From: an uncultured Actinomycetes bacterium
Lineage (GTDB): Bacteria; Actinomycetota; UBA4738; JBBDTT01
Length of the DNA: 64,000 nucleotides
Direction of reading: 5' to 3'
Assembly (NCBI GenBank): GCA_963742735.1
Contig: CAVUMN010000004.1
Coordinates: forward strand, 960,001-1,024,000
The notes below the pieces were generated by a model. The model searched no databases. It had not been told where the DNA came from and saw only the letters and a list, made by a program, of their open reading frames with translations. Positions within the stretch are counted from its first letter, which is position 1; each line of letters begins with the position of its first letter. This document shows, piece after piece, positions 20,790-30,932 of this stretch. The position numbers and the translations under genes are program-made.

Positions 20790-21968
20790 TCAGCCCCAGA
20801 GGCCGGCGCCGGCGATGCCGGAGAGCGGACCGTCGTCGGCCCAGACGTTGACGGCCCGGAGCTGATACTCGAACCGGTTGCCCAGGGCTGTCTCGATCCC
20901 GAAGTCCGTGTACGAGGTCCGGGTCCCGGCGATGTCGACGAGCTTGTTGAAGGGGCAGTCGCCGCACGAGCGCCGGTAGATCTCGTACCGGGCCAGCGGC
21001 GCGCCACCCGTGCTCGAGGGCGCGTTCCACCGAAGGGAGATCGCGTATCCGGAGAAGCTCGCTTTCAGGTTCCGCGGAGCGGTGGTGCACCCCGTCCGGC
21101 TGATGAACCGGTTGACGCAGAAGGCGAGGTTCCAGTGGTTGAAGAGGTACTCGCCCGATCGCGGCCTGGGGTCGAAGTAGGAGTCCTTGCCGCAGTCGTA
21201 CTGGGTGTACGAGCAGATGGTCCCGCTCGAGCACATGACGTCCCGGCCGTCCACGCAGTGCCCGTGGCGGTCGTTGCCCCAGGCCGATTCGGCGACGGCG
21301 CCCATCGTGTGGGTGGCCTCGTGGAGCAGGGTGCTGGCCACGCTGCCGCAGGCGGTCACGGTGGCGTAGGCGATGGCGTGGTCCGGGCCCCGGTTGGCGC
21401 GGTTGTTCAGGGCGAGGGAGGCGTCGCCGGAGCGGCGGGCCTCGCCGCATGCCCCGCTGCTGACCGAGTCGTCGTACCAGACCCAGTACTTGACGAGCGG
21501 GTCGCGCAGGCCCGCCTGGATCAGGTCGTACTCGATGTGCGCGAAGTCATCCCCGCCGGCGGGCGTGCGGGTCACCACGTTCAGGACGGTGATCTGGCCC
21601 TGCCGGTTGCACTCGAACTTCAGGTCCAGCCGCGAGGCCCCGGCGCGAGCCGCCTCGTCGTGGACGAAGGCGTTCGCGCGGGTCACGGCGCTGCGGATCT
21701 GTCCCACGGTGCTCCAGTAGCGGTCGGCCTTGTCGTACGGACGGGCGTAGACGGCCACGGACCGGAACTGCTTGGCGTTGGTGCACACGGGGTTGCGGTA
21801 CCGGGCGGGGATGTCGTTCGCGACCCCGCTCGGGTAGGCGGCGTGGATCTCACCGTTCGAGAAGATGGATTCCGCGCCGAGCGTGCTCGGTGCTTCGGCC
21901 GGCGCGCCGGCCGGTCCACTGATCGCGACGACGACGGCGACGATGACTGCTGTGAGGGTGCGGGTCAC
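20790..21968 (-). CDS. Secreted zinc metallopeptidase with C-terminal fibronectin type III domain
   Basis: Signal peptide, LLHEATHTMG (HExxH), D.MC, Fn3 pattern P.NL..LRW..P..Y.IYR..Y.D..Y.LRAVN. Confidence 0.8.
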   Translation of the reverse strand: MTRTLTAVIVAVVVAISGPAGAPAEAPSTLGAESIFSNGEIHAAYPSGVANDIPARYRNPVCTNAKQFRSVAVYARPYDKADRYWSTVGQIRSAVTRANAFVHDEAARAGASRLDLKFECNRQGQITVLNVVTRTPAGGDDFAHIEYDLIQAGLRDPLVKYWVWYDDSVSSGACGEARRSGDASLALNNRANRGPDHAIAYATVTACGSVASTLLHEATHTMGAVAESAWGNDRHGHCVDGRDVMCSSGTICSYTQYDCGKDSYFDPRPRSGEYLFNHWNLAFCVNRFISRTGCTTAPRNLKASFSGYAISLRWNAPSSTGGAPLARYEIYRRSCGDCPFNKLVDIAGTRTSYTDFGIETALGNRFEYQLRAVNVWADDGPLSGIAGAGLWG

Positions 21969-22114
21969 AGGGGTGGCTCCCTCCCATCGAGATGCCAGGC
22001 CGAATGGAGGAGGGGTTACTCCTTTCGCCACTGGATTCCTGCCACGAATTCCGTAGTTCGTCCGGGGGATTTACAAATCGTCCGGATCGGGCGTTTCCTG
22101 GATGGGAAACGGCT

Positions 22115-22534
22115 TCAGGAGACCTCGAACCGGCCCCGATGCCCGCGCTCCAGATGGCCCGAGATCGAGCAAAACATGACGAAGGTGCCCTCCTGGGGGG
22201 GCGCCTGGAGGGGCAGGCGCACGGTCTCACCCGGATTCGCCGTCATCTGCAGGGACAGCTCGTTGATCGTCAGGGTGTGGACGCGGGAGTCGGGGTTGTG
22301 GAAGACCACGACGATCGATTCGCCGGGGGCCACCACGACGCTGGCCGGCTCGTAGCGATAGCCGGGGGCGCTCACCGCGACGTCGCGGACCGAGCCCGAG
22401 GTCGTGGTCACCGGCGGCGAGGTCTCGCCACCCCGGGTCGCCGTGCTCGGGGGAGGTCCGAACCCATCCGGCTCGGAGGTGCACCCCGCCAGCAAGGCGA
22501 GCCCGAGCACGAGGGGAGCCCATCGCGTCCGCAT
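22115..22534 (-). CDS. Cupredoxin-domain lipoprotein
   Basis: LLAGC lipobox; H(TL)...C-SISG-H copper ligands. Confidence 0.8.
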   Translation of the reverse strand: MRTRWAPLVLGLALLAGCTSEPDGFGPPPSTATRGGETSPPVTTTSGSVRDVAVSAPGYRYEPASVVVAPGESIVVVFHNPDSRVHTLTINELSLQMTANPGETVRLPLQAPPQEGTFVMFCSISGHLERGHRGRFEVS

Positions 22535-22589
22535 GCGGAGATCATCGCACGGGCGCCCGGCGCCCGGGAATAGCCCGGCCGAGCACAGA

Positions 22590-22610
22590 GTTGTACATAT
22601 CGCACTCAAG
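22590..22610 (+). promoter_or_regulatory. HAIR-like HspR operator (one perfect half-site)
   Basis: GTTGTAC-N7-ACTCAAG versus consensus CTTGAGT-N7-ACTCAAG, upstream of the dnaK operon that contains hspR. Confidence 0.65.
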
Positions 22611-22653
22611 CTTTATCCTGCGATCGCACCTACATCCCCTGAGGAGGAATGCA

Positions 22654-24510
22654 ATGTCGAGAGCGGTAGGCATCGACCTGGGGACCACGAACTCGGTGGT
22701 CGCCGTCCTGGAGGGCGGAGAGGCCGTCGTCGTCCCCAACGCCGAGGGCGCGCGGACGACCCCGTCCGTGGTGGGCTTCTCGAAGGCCGGGGAGATCCTG
22801 GTCGGCGAGGTGGCCAAGCGCCAGGCGATCACCAACCCGGATCGCACGATCCGGTCCGTCAAGCGCGAGATGGGCACGTCCTGGACCGTCGAGATCGACG
22901 GCAAGAACTGGACCCCCCAGGAGATCTCCGCGCAGATCCTCCAGAAGCTGAAGCGAGACGCCGAGGCGTATCTGGGCGACACCGTCACCCAGGCCGTGGT
23001 CACCGTCCCCGCCTACTTCGACGACTCGCAGCGCCAGGCCACCAAGGAGGCCGGGCAGATCGCCGGGCTCGAGGTCCTGCGGATCATCAACGAGCCCACC
23101 TCGGCGTCGCTCGCCTACGGCCTGGACAAGCAGTCCGACCAGACGATCCTGGTCTTCGACCTCGGGGGCGGCACGTTCGACGTGTCCCTGCTCGAGATCG
23201 GCGACGGGGTGTTCGAGGTCAAGGCCACGAGCGGCGACACCCACCTCGGCGGTGACGACTGGGACGAGCGGGTCATCGACTGGATGGTCACCCAGTTCAA
23301 GAACGCCCACGGCGTGGACCTGTCGAAGGACCGCATGGCGCGGCAGCGCCTCAAGGAGGCCGCGGAGAAGGCCAAGATCGAGCTGTCGCAGGTCCAGGAG
23401 ACCCACATCAACCTGCCCTTCCTCTCGGCCACTCCCGAGGGGCCGCTGCACTTCGAGGAGAAGCTCACCCGCGCGGACTTCGAGCGGATGACCGAGGACC
23501 TCCTCGAGCGGGTCGCCGGCCCGTTCCAGCAGGCGGTGAAGGACTGGGGCAAGGACGTGGCGGGCATCGACCACATCGTGCTCGTCGGCGGCTCCACCCG
23601 GATGCCGATGATCCAGGAGCTCGTCCGCAAGCTCACCGGTGGCAAGGACCCCCACAAGGGCGTGAACCCCGACGAGGTCGTCGCGGTGGGCGCCGCCCTG
23701 CAGGCGGGCGTGCTGAAGGGCGAGGTCAAGGACGTCCTGCTCCTGGACGTGACCCCGCTGTCCCTGGGCATCGAGACCCGGGGGGAGATCTTCACCAAGC
23801 TCCTGGAGCGCAACACCACGATCCCGACCAAGAAGTCGGAGATCTTCTCGACGGCCGCGGACAACCAGACCCAGGTCGAGGTGAACGTCCTGCAGGGCGA
23901 GGGCGAGACGGTCCACAACCCTGGGCTTCGCAGCCTGGGGCGGTTCGACCTGGTGGGGATCCCGCCCGCGCCGAGGGGGATGCCCCAGATCGAGGTCACC
24001 TTCGACATCGACGCGAACGGCATCCTGTCCGTCTCGGCCAAGGACAAGGCCACCGGCAAGGAGCAGGCCATGACCATCACCGGCGGAACGGCCCTCCCCA
24101 AGGAGGACATCGACCGCATGGTCAAGGACGCCGAGGCGTTCGCCGCGGAGGACCACCGTCGCCGCGAGGCGGCCGAGGCCCGCAACGCCGCGGACAACCT
24201 GACCTACCAGGTGGACAAGGCGCTGTCGGAGTACGGCGACAAGGTGCCGGAGGCCGACCGCGCGGCGGTCACCACCGCCAACGACGAGCTGAAGGAGGCC
24301 CTGAAGGACGACGACGTCGAGGCCATCAAGGCCAAGACCGACGCCCTGATGACCGCCTTCCAGGCCGTCGGCCCGGCGCTCTACCAGGCGCAGCAGCAGG
24401 AGCAGTCGGCCGCGGCCGGTCCGGAGGGCGAGGCCACGGCCCAGCCCGAGAACGACCAGCCCGAGGACGAGGTCGTCGAGGGCGAGATCGTCGACGAGGG
24501 CGGCGCATGA
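22654..24510 (+). CDS. dnaK: Chaperone DnaK
   Basis: [33 protein letters not shown]. Confidence 0.99.
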   Translation: MSRAVGIDLGTTNSVVAVLEGGEAVVVPNAEGARTTPSVVGFSKAGEILVGEVAKRQAITNPDRTIRSVKREMGTSWTVEIDGKNWTPQEISAQILQKLKRDAEAYLGDTVTQAVVTVPAYFDDSQRQATKEAGQIAGLEVLRIINEPTSASLAYGLDKQSDQTILVFDLGGGTFDVSLLEIGDGVFEVKATSGDTHLGGDDWDERVIDWMVTQFKNAHGVDLSKDRMARQRLKEAAEKAKIELSQVQETHINLPFLSATPEGPLHFEEKLTRADFERMTEDLLERVAGPFQQAVKDWGKDVAGIDHIVLVGGSTRMPMIQELVRKLTGGKDPHKGVNPDEVVAVGAALQAGVLKGEVKDVLLLDVTPLSLGIETRGEIFTKLLERNTTIPTKKSEIFSTAADNQTQVEVNVLQGEGETVHNPGLRSLGRFDLVGIPPAPRGMPQIEVTFDIDANGILSVSAKDKATGKEQAMTITGGTALPKEDIDRMVKDAEAFAAEDHRRREAAEARNAADNLTYQVDKALSEYGDKVPEADRAAVTTANDELKEALKDDDVEAIKAKTDALMTAFQAVGPALYQAQQQEQSAAAGPEGEATAQPENDQPEDEVVEGEIVDEGGA

Positions 24511-25037
24511 CGGAGCGGAAGTCGCCGACGGCCGAGGAGCCGGACGCGACCGAGCCGGTCGAGGATGCCGTCGAGGTCGACGAGCTCGCCGAGGCGCGGG
24601 CGCGGGCGGCCGAGTACCTCGACCACCTGCAGCGGCTGCAGGCCGAGTTCGAGAACTTCCGGAAGCGGACGATGAAGGAGCAGACGCGGGCCCTGGAGTT
24701 CGGGTCCGAGGGGCTCGTTCGCCGCCTGCTCGAGGTCGTGGACGAGTTCGAGCTCGCGCTGGCCTCGGCCGGTTCCCGTCCCGAGCTCGCGCCGTTCACC
24801 CGAGGCGTAGAGCTGGTGCACGCGAAGCTCCTCGACGCGCTCCGTGCGGAAGGCGTGGAGCCGCTCGACGCCGTCGGCAGGCCGTTCGACCCCGAGCTCC
24901 ACGAAGCTCTCATGGGCTCGAGCGACGACGAGGGCGAGCACTACGTCGAGGACGTGCTCCGGACCGGATACCGGCTGAAGGGCCGGGTCATCCGGCCGGC
25001 GGGCGTGCGCGTCGGGACGCGGCAGCCCGCGCCGTGA
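24507..25037 (+). CDS. grpE: Nucleotide exchange factor GrpE
   Basis: [31 protein letters not shown]. Confidence 0.97.
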   Translation: MTERKSPTAEEPDATEPVEDAVEVDELAEARARAAEYLDHLQRLQAEFENFRKRTMKEQTRALEFGSEGLVRRLLEVVDEFELALASAGSRPELAPFTRGVELVHAKLLDALRAEGVEPLDAVGRPFDPELHEALMGSSDDEGEHYVEDVLRTGYRLKGRVIRPAGVRVGTRQPAP

Positions 25038-26197
25038 ACGGCAACGTCAGCCGCGACTGGTTCGAGAAGGACTACTACGCGGTCCTCGGGGTCGCGAAGA
25101 ACGCGTCCCAGGCCGACGTCAAGAAGTCCTATCGCAAGCTCGCCCAGAAGCTGCACCCCGATGCGAACCCGGGCGACGCGGCCGCCGAGGAGCGCTTCAA
25201 GGAGCTCTCCCAGGCCTACGACGTCCTCGGCGACGAGAAGAAGCGGGCCGAGTACGACCGGGTGCGGGAGATGGTCGCCTCGGGCGCGGGCTTCGGCGGC
25301 GGCGCGGGCGGCTTCGGGGGCGGGTTTCCGGGGGGCGGCTTCCCCGGCGGCGTCCGGGTCGAGGACGTGGAGTTCGACGGCGACCTGGGGGACCTGTTCG
25401 GCTCGATCTTCGGCGGCGGCGGAGCTCGAGGGGCCGGCCGGCGGGCCGCGGCGAGCCGGGGGTCCGACCTGGAGGCCGAGGTCCGCGTCTCGTTCGACGA
25501 GGCCATGCGGGGCACCGAGGTCCCACTGAGAGTCTCCGGGCCGGCGCGCTGCGACGTGTGCAACGGCAGCGGCGCGAAGCCGGGCACGTCGGTGACCACC
25601 TGTCCGGACTGCGCCGGCACCGGGGCGGTCGCGGAGAACCAGGGGTTCTTCTCGATGAGCCGGACCTGCCCGCGGTGCCGGGGAGCGGGGCGGCTGATCG
25701 AGACGCCCTGCGAGTCCTGCCGGGGCTCCGGCGTGAAGAGCCGGACCCGGACGGTGACCGTGAAGATCCCCTCGGGGATCAGGGACGGCGCGCGCATCAA
25801 GGTGGCGGGCCGCGGCGAGGCCGGCCGCGGAGCCGGCGGCGCGGGCGACCTGTACGTGCGGGTCCGGGTGGAGCCGCACAAGGTCTTCGGCCGCAAGGGC
25901 AGCGACCTGCTGCTGTCCCTGCCGATCTCGTTCCCCGAGGCGGCCCTGGGCGCCCACGTCCAGGTCCCCACGCTGAACGGGCCGGTCACCCTGAAGGTCC
26001 CGGCCGGGACGGCGAACGGCAAGACGTTCCGCGTCCGCGGCAAGGGCGCGCCGAAGTCGGGCGGCGGGACCGGCGACCTCCTGGTGACGGTCGCCGTCGC
26101 GGTCCCGTCGAGGCTCTCGAAGAAGGAGAAGGAGCTGCTCGAGCAGTTCAACGAGCTGCATCGCGACGACCCGCGCGCCGGGCTGGGCGTCGACTGA
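25034..26197 (+). CDS. dnaJ: Chaperone DnaJ
   Basis: HPD J-domain, G/F-rich linker, four CxxCxGxG repeats. Confidence 0.98.
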   Translation: MNGNVSRDWFEKDYYAVLGVAKNASQADVKKSYRKLAQKLHPDANPGDAAAEERFKELSQAYDVLGDEKKRAEYDRVREMVASGAGFGGGAGGFGGGFPGGGFPGGVRVEDVEFDGDLGDLFGSIFGGGGARGAGRRAAASRGSDLEAEVRVSFDEAMRGTEVPLRVSGPARCDVCNGSGAKPGTSVTTCPDCAGTGAVAENQGFFSMSRTCPRCRGAGRLIETPCESCRGSGVKSRTRTVTVKIPSGIRDGARIKVAGRGEAGRGAGGAGDLYVRVRVEPHKVFGRKGSDLLLSLPISFPEAALGAHVQVPTLNGPVTLKVPAGTANGKTFRVRGKGAPKSGGGTGDLLVTVAVAVPSRLSKKEKELLEQFNELHRDDPRAGLGVD

Positions 26198-26207
26198 GGA
26201 GGAACCC

Positions 26208-26612
26208 ATGGGAACCGAACCGCGCAACCGGGCCGGACGAGGCGATCGGGCCGTCTACATCATCAGCGTCGCGGCGGAGCTGACGGGCGTCCACCCGCAG
26301 ACGCTGCGCATCTACGAGCGCAAGGGCCTGCTGTCGCCGGCGCGGACGACCGGCAACACCCGCCGGTACTCCGAGCGCGACATCGAACGGCTCCGCGCGA
26401 TCCAGCGGCTCACCCAGGAGGAGGGCGTGAACCTCGCCGGCGCGCGCATGGTGATGGACCTCCAGGAGGAGCTCCTGCGCACCCGCGAACAGCTGGAGCG
26501 GATGCGCCGAGAGGTCGCCGCCCTGCGCCGCGAACGCTCGCGCGGGCGCGGCGGCGCGCTCGTGCTTCGCCGCGAGGTCCAGGACCTGTTGGGAGGCCCC
26601 CGATGGCCCTGA
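26208..26612 (+). CDS. hspR: Heat-shock repressor HspR (MerR family)
   Basis: [30 protein letters not shown]. Confidence 0.96.
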   Translation: MGTEPRNRAGRGDRAVYIISVAAELTGVHPQTLRIYERKGLLSPARTTGNTRRYSERDIERLRAIQRLTQEEGVNLAGARMVMDLQEELLRTREQLERMRREVAALRRERSRGRGGALVLRREVQDLLGGPRWP

Positions 26613-26656
26613 ACGAGCTGACGATCAAGTCCCGGGCCCTCGAGGCGGCCGCGTAG
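26603..26656 (+). pseudogene. clpB: 5' remnant of clpB ([17 protein letters not shown])
   Basis: GGAGG RBS, overlap with hspR end, resembles the ClpB N-terminus M.LNKLT.KSQEAL..A at the usual clpB position. Confidence 0.55.
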
Positions 26657-26748
26657 CTCGGACCTCCGCGGGTCTGGGCCGAAACGAAGCTGCAACCTGC
26701 TGTTTACCTGGGCGACATCGGCCTGAAATCTCCCTCCGCCACACTCGG

Positions 26749-27132
26749 GTGGATCACGTTCGGGGGAGGCGATTGGACGGGCTGATCGAGGCGCCCGCTG
26801 GCGACTGGGTGGTCTGCGGACCGCTCTGGGTGTCGCCGACCGTGCGGTGCGAGGCCCGGCTGCACGGGGACCGCGTGGCCATGTCGCCCAGCGAGCTCCT
26901 GATGCTGACCCGTCTGGTGGAGGCCGACGGGGCCATCGTGTCGCGCGACGAGCTCTACGGGCTCTCCGTGGGTGGGCGGCTCCGAAGGGGCTCGCGAGCG
27001 GTGGACATCCACATGGCGCGCATCCGCAAGGCGCTCGGCGCCGCCGGCCGGCTGCTCATCGGCGTACCGAAGCGCGGCTATCGCCTGGACACGCTCGAGC
27101 TGGTTCGCCTGCATCCCGAGCCGGCCTCCTAG
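26749..27132 (+). CDS. OmpR/PhoB-type winged-helix domain protein without receiver
   Basis: MSPSELLML..L....G.IVSRDEL....SRAVDIHMARIRKAL......VPKRGYRL. Confidence 0.72.
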   Translation: MDHVRGRRLDGLIEAPAGDWVVCGPLWVSPTVRCEARLHGDRVAMSPSELLMLTRLVEADGAIVSRDELYGLSVGGRLRRGSRAVDIHMARIRKALGAAGRLLIGVPKRGYRLDTLELVRLHPEPAS

Positions 27133-27171
27133 CGCTCCCAAACGCCGGCGGATTCCGCATACTTGGGGCCG

Positions 27172-27873
27172 ATGGAGCCGTTCCTGATCTTCGTCCTCTT
27201 CGCGGCGCTGATGATCGTCGTGGCCTACTTCGCCTATCAGGCGAAGAAGAAGCGCCGGCTGGCGCTTCAGGCGTTCGCAACCCAATACGGCATGACGTAC
27301 TCGCAGTCGGACCCCCACGGCCTGCTCAACTACGCGTTCGGTCTGTTCCAGCGGGGCGAGGGGCGGGGGATCGAGAACGTGCTGACCGGCGCGTGGCAGG
27401 AGTGCCCCGTCAAGGCGGCCGACTACTGGTACTACACGGAATCGACGGACTCGAAGGGCCACAAGAGCAAGAGCTATCACCACTTCTCGGTGGTCGTCGT
27501 GGACGTCGCGCTGGGACTGCCCCCGGTCAGCCTCCAGCGCGAGGGGTTCTTCACCCGCCTGGCCGACCACGTCGGCCTGCGGGACATCGACTTCGAGTCG
27601 GAGGCGTTCAACCGTGCCTGGAACGTGAAGGCCGACGACCGCGAGTTCGCCTTCAAGCTCGTGGACGCCCGCATGATGCACTTCCTGATGGCCACTGAGG
27701 GGTTCGGCTACGAGGTGTGCGGCCCGTGGCTGCTCATCTTCAGCAAGCGCCTGAAGCCGACGGAGCTGATCCCGCTCCTGGGGACCGCGAAGGGATTCCA
27801 TGACCAGATTCCGCGGCTGGTGTGGAACGAGTACGGTAACGCCTCGCAGACGAAGGAGGGAATGACGCCGTGA
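27172..27873 (+). CDS. Membrane-anchored hypothetical protein (LemA-associated, DUF3137-like)
   Basis: N-terminal TM, DIDFESEAFN motif, coupled to lemA. Confidence 0.7.
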   Translation: MEPFLIFVLFAALMIVVAYFAYQAKKKRRLALQAFATQYGMTYSQSDPHGLLNYAFGLFQRGEGRGIENVLTGAWQECPVKAADYWYYTESTDSKGHKSKSYHHFSVVVVDVALGLPPVSLQREGFFTRLADHVGLRDIDFESEAFNRAWNVKADDREFAFKLVDARMMHFLMATEGFGYEVCGPWLLIFSKRLKPTELIPLLGTAKGFHDQIPRLVWNEYGNASQTKEGMTP

Positions 27874-28580
27874 CCGTGTTGTGGATCGTCCTCGGGGTGG
27901 TGGGCCTGCTCCTGATCGCGGGCATCGTCTCCTACAACCGGTTCGTCGCACAGCGGAACCTGATCAGGAACGCCTTCGCGAACATCGACACCGAGCTTCG
28001 CCGCCGGTACGACCTGATCCCCAACCTGGTCGAGACCGTCCGCGGCTACGCCGCGCACGAGCGCGAGACCCTCGAGGCGGTCATCCAGGCCCGAAACGCC
28101 GCCGTGGCCACCACCGGCCAGTCGCCGGCCGCCCAGGCCGCGGCGGAGGGCCCGTTCGTCGCCGCTCTGCGACAGCTGTTCGCCGTCGTCGAGCAGTACC
28201 CGAACCTGAAAGCCAACGAGAACTTCCTGGCGCTGCAGGCCGAGCTGACCAACACCGAGGACCGCCTGCAGGCGAGCCGGCGCTTCTACAACGGCAACGT
28301 CCAGGACTTCAACCGGCGGGTCGAGTCGTTCCCCTCGAACATCATCGCGAGCATGTTCAACTTCAAGCAGGAGGAGTTCTTCGAGATCGAGGAGGCCATC
28401 CGCACGGCCGGGCCGCCGCAGGTGGACTTCACCGGCGGGGCCGCCGCCGGGCCGCCCCCCGCCGCACCTCCGGCGACGACTCCGCCCGCGGCAGGGCCTC
28501 CGCCGGCCGGGGGTCCTCCCGGGGCTCCTCCGGCGGTGCCTCCACCGATCCCGCCCCCTGCGGCGCCTCCGGCTCCGTAG
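27870..28580 (+). CDS. lemA: LemA family protein with Pro-rich tail
   Basis: YN....RN...NA..ID.EL.RRYDLIPNLVETV.GYA.HE; YPNLKANENF. Confidence 0.95.
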   Translation: MTVLWIVLGVVGLLLIAGIVSYNRFVAQRNLIRNAFANIDTELRRRYDLIPNLVETVRGYAAHERETLEAVIQARNAAVATTGQSPAAQAAAEGPFVAALRQLFAVVEQYPNLKANENFLALQAELTNTEDRLQASRRFYNGNVQDFNRRVESFPSNIIASMFNFKQEEFFEIEEAIRTAGPPQVDFTGGAAAGPPPAAPPATTPPAAGPPPAGGPPGAPPAVPPPIPPPAAPPAP

Positions 28581-29847
28581 CGCCGGCCGGGGTCCGGGCC
28601 AGGGCGCGGGCCGCGAGGGCCCGCCAGATCAGGGCGTAGGCGAGGGCGACGCCGGCCAGAGAGCTCATGACGATGCGCGGGTCGAACCGGCTGGCCGCCG
28701 AACCCGCGATGACGTTCGAGATCGCGATCGACGCCGTGACCAGCATGTAGTCGAACGCGAACACCCGGCCGCGGATGCGGTCGGGCACCAGGACCTGCAG
28801 CCCGTAGGTGGACAGCGTCCACTGGGCGCCGCCGCCCAGGTGCGCCCCCACCGCGAACATCGCCGCGATCCACAGCGCGGGCATCCACGGGAACAGCAGG
28901 TAGAAGACGCCGAAGGTCGCCAGGGCGATGCCGATGGCCGTGAACAGCCGCGAGTCGTCGCCGCCGATGAACCGCCGACCCAGGAACGGCCCTACCAGCG
29001 CGCCCAGCCCGCGGGCCCCGAGCAGGATCCCGATCCCCGCGTCGCCGGCGTCGAACACCTTCGCCGCGAACACCGGCAGCAGCGAGATCACCCCGCCGGC
29101 GAACCCGAACCCGCCCTTCACGGCGAGCAGCGCGAACACGCGGGGCTCCCGGCGCGCGTACCGCACGGTCTCGACGACGGCGTCGCGGATCGGGGGGTGC
29201 TCCTCGCGCTCGCGGATCTCGGAGAAGCGGCGCCGGATGGTGAGCAGGATCGCCGCCGACAGCGCGAACGAAACCGCGTCGCCGATGAACGCCGCGTCGC
29301 GTCCGAGCGTGGCCGAGACCAGGCCTCCGAGCGCCGCCCCGACCGCGAGCATCACGCCCCAGGCCGAGCCGACCAGGACGTTCGCGGCCGGCAGGTCCTC
29401 GGGGTCCACCACGTTGGGCACCGCCGCCGAGGACGCCGGCTCGAAGAGCGCGCCCAACGAGGCCAGCGCGGCCGAGAGCACGTAGATCAGCCAGACGTCC
29501 TCGCGGCCGTTCACGAACAGGAATCCGAGGGCGATCAGGGCGCGGGCCGAGTCGGAGATGATCATCAGCCGTCGCCGGTCCAGCCGGTCGGCCAGGACTC
29601 CGCCCACCGGGCTGAGCAGCGTGAACGGGATCAGGTGCGCGACCAGCACGAGCGAGGTCAGGAACGGCGAGCCGGTCAGCTCCAGGACCAGGCCGTACAG
29701 GGCGACCTGCAGGAACCAGTCCCCGGCGAAGGAGATCAGGCTCGCGGAGTACAACCGCGCGAAGTCGGGGTTGCGCCGAAGTAGCCCCCACGCCTCGCGA
29801 AGCCCGCCCCGAGGCGGTCCGACCTTCGCCGAATCCTTGAGCTCCAT
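28429..29847 (-). CDS. MFS transporter
   Basis: GVLADRLDRRRLMI motif A, about 12 hydrophobic helices. Confidence 0.92.
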   Translation of the reverse strand: MELKDSAKVGPPRGGLREAWGLLRRNPDFARLYSASLISFAGDWFLQVALYGLVLELTGSPFLTSLVLVAHLIPFTLLSPVGGVLADRLDRRRLMIISDSARALIALGFLFVNGREDVWLIYVLSAALASLGALFEPASSAAVPNVVDPEDLPAANVLVGSAWGVMLAVGAALGGLVSATLGRDAAFIGDAVSFALSAAILLTIRRRFSEIREREEHPPIRDAVVETVRYARREPRVFALLAVKGGFGFAGGVISLLPVFAAKVFDAGDAGIGILLGARGLGALVGPFLGRRFIGGDDSRLFTAIGIALATFGVFYLLFPWMPALWIAAMFAVGAHLGGGAQWTLSTYGLQVLVPDRIRGRVFAFDYMLVTASIAISNVIAGSAASRFDPRIVMSSLAGVALAYALIWRALAARALARTPAGATEPEAPQGAGSVEAPPEEPREDPRPAEALPRAESSPEVRRGAARRRPRR

Positions 29848-29911
29848 GCGGCTCAGGGTACCGAGGTTGTACGGTTTCTCGGTCGTCCCCCGGCGTGTGG
29901 AGGTTTCCCGA

Positions 29912-30562
29912 ATGCTCGACGCGTTCACCTGGTACCGGCAGTCGGCGTATCGCTACGACGGCAACGGCGTGACGGTCTACATCGACCCGTGGGGGCTGCC
30001 GGACGACGCCCCGCCAGCCGACGTCATCTTCGTCACCCACGCGCACCTCGACCACTACAACCCCGAGGACTTCGAGCGGGTCCGGTCCGAGAAGACCACG
30101 ATCGTCGCGCCGCGCGACGTCGCGAACGACTGCGGGCTGACCGGCACGATCGTCCCGGTGGCCCCCGGCGACACGGTCGACGCCGGAGGGGTCAAGGCCG
30201 AGGCCGTCCCCGCCTACAACATCGTCGAGGACCGCCTGGACAAGCATCCGAAGACGAACAACTGGGTGGGCTACGTCCTGTCGCTGGGCGACGCCACGTA
30301 CTACTTCGCCGGCGACACCGACCACGTGCCGGAGCTCAGCTTCCTGAAGACCCAGGTGGCGTTCGTCCCGATCGGGGGCACGTACACCATGGACGCCGAC
30401 GAGGCCGCCGGCCTGATCCGCGAGATCCGTCCAACCATCGCGGTGCCCAACCACTACGGGTTCATGGTCGGGACCCCGGCGGACGCCGATCGGTTCAAGT
30501 CGTCGTGCGACCCGATCGAGGTGCAGATCCTGGAGCCGCAAAACCCGTTCGAGCGGACCTGA
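29912..30562 (+). CDS. Metallo-beta-lactamase-fold hydrolase
   Basis: THAHLDH, YFAGDT, PIGGTYTM, PNHYG. Confidence 0.92.
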   Translation: MLDAFTWYRQSAYRYDGNGVTVYIDPWGLPDDAPPADVIFVTHAHLDHYNPEDFERVRSEKTTIVAPRDVANDCGLTGTIVPVAPGDTVDAGGVKAEAVPAYNIVEDRLDKHPKTNNWVGYVLSLGDATYYFAGDTDHVPELSFLKTQVAFVPIGGTYTMDADEAAGLIREIRPTIAVPNHYGFMVGTPADADRFKSSCDPIEVQILEPQNPFERT

Positions 30563-30846
30563 TGGCCGCGCCGCTGCGGTCCTTCGGCCGGCTGGCCGTG
30601 TGGGCGGTCCTCGCCGGCTCGATCGTCGCGGTCGTGGCGGCGGTGACGGGGGTGCAGAACTGCGACAGCGTCTGGTCGACGTCCGAGTGCCGCGAGCTCG
30701 TGCGGACGCTGTCGATCCGGGTGGGCATCTTGACCGCGGTGGCCACGGCGGTCATGGCCCTGTTCGTGGCGGGGCTCGGACGGATGTCCGAGCAGGACGA
30801 GGCCGACCGCCGGGAGCGCCGGATGGGGACGCTCGAGCAGGACTAG
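30562..30846 (+). CDS. Small two-TM membrane protein
   Basis: Two hydrophobic helices with a Cys-pair loop; TGATG overlap. Confidence 0.6.
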   Translation: MAAPLRSFGRLAVWAVLAGSIVAVVAAVTGVQNCDSVWSTSECRELVRTLSIRVGILTAVATAVMALFVAGLGRMSEQDEADRRERRMGTLEQD

Positions 30847-30932
30847 TTCGGGCGGTTCGAGCCCTTCCCGGGCGCGACGGCCCTGGAGTACAGTGCCGCC
30901 CGAGCGTCCCGATCCAGCAGGAGGAACCCTCT

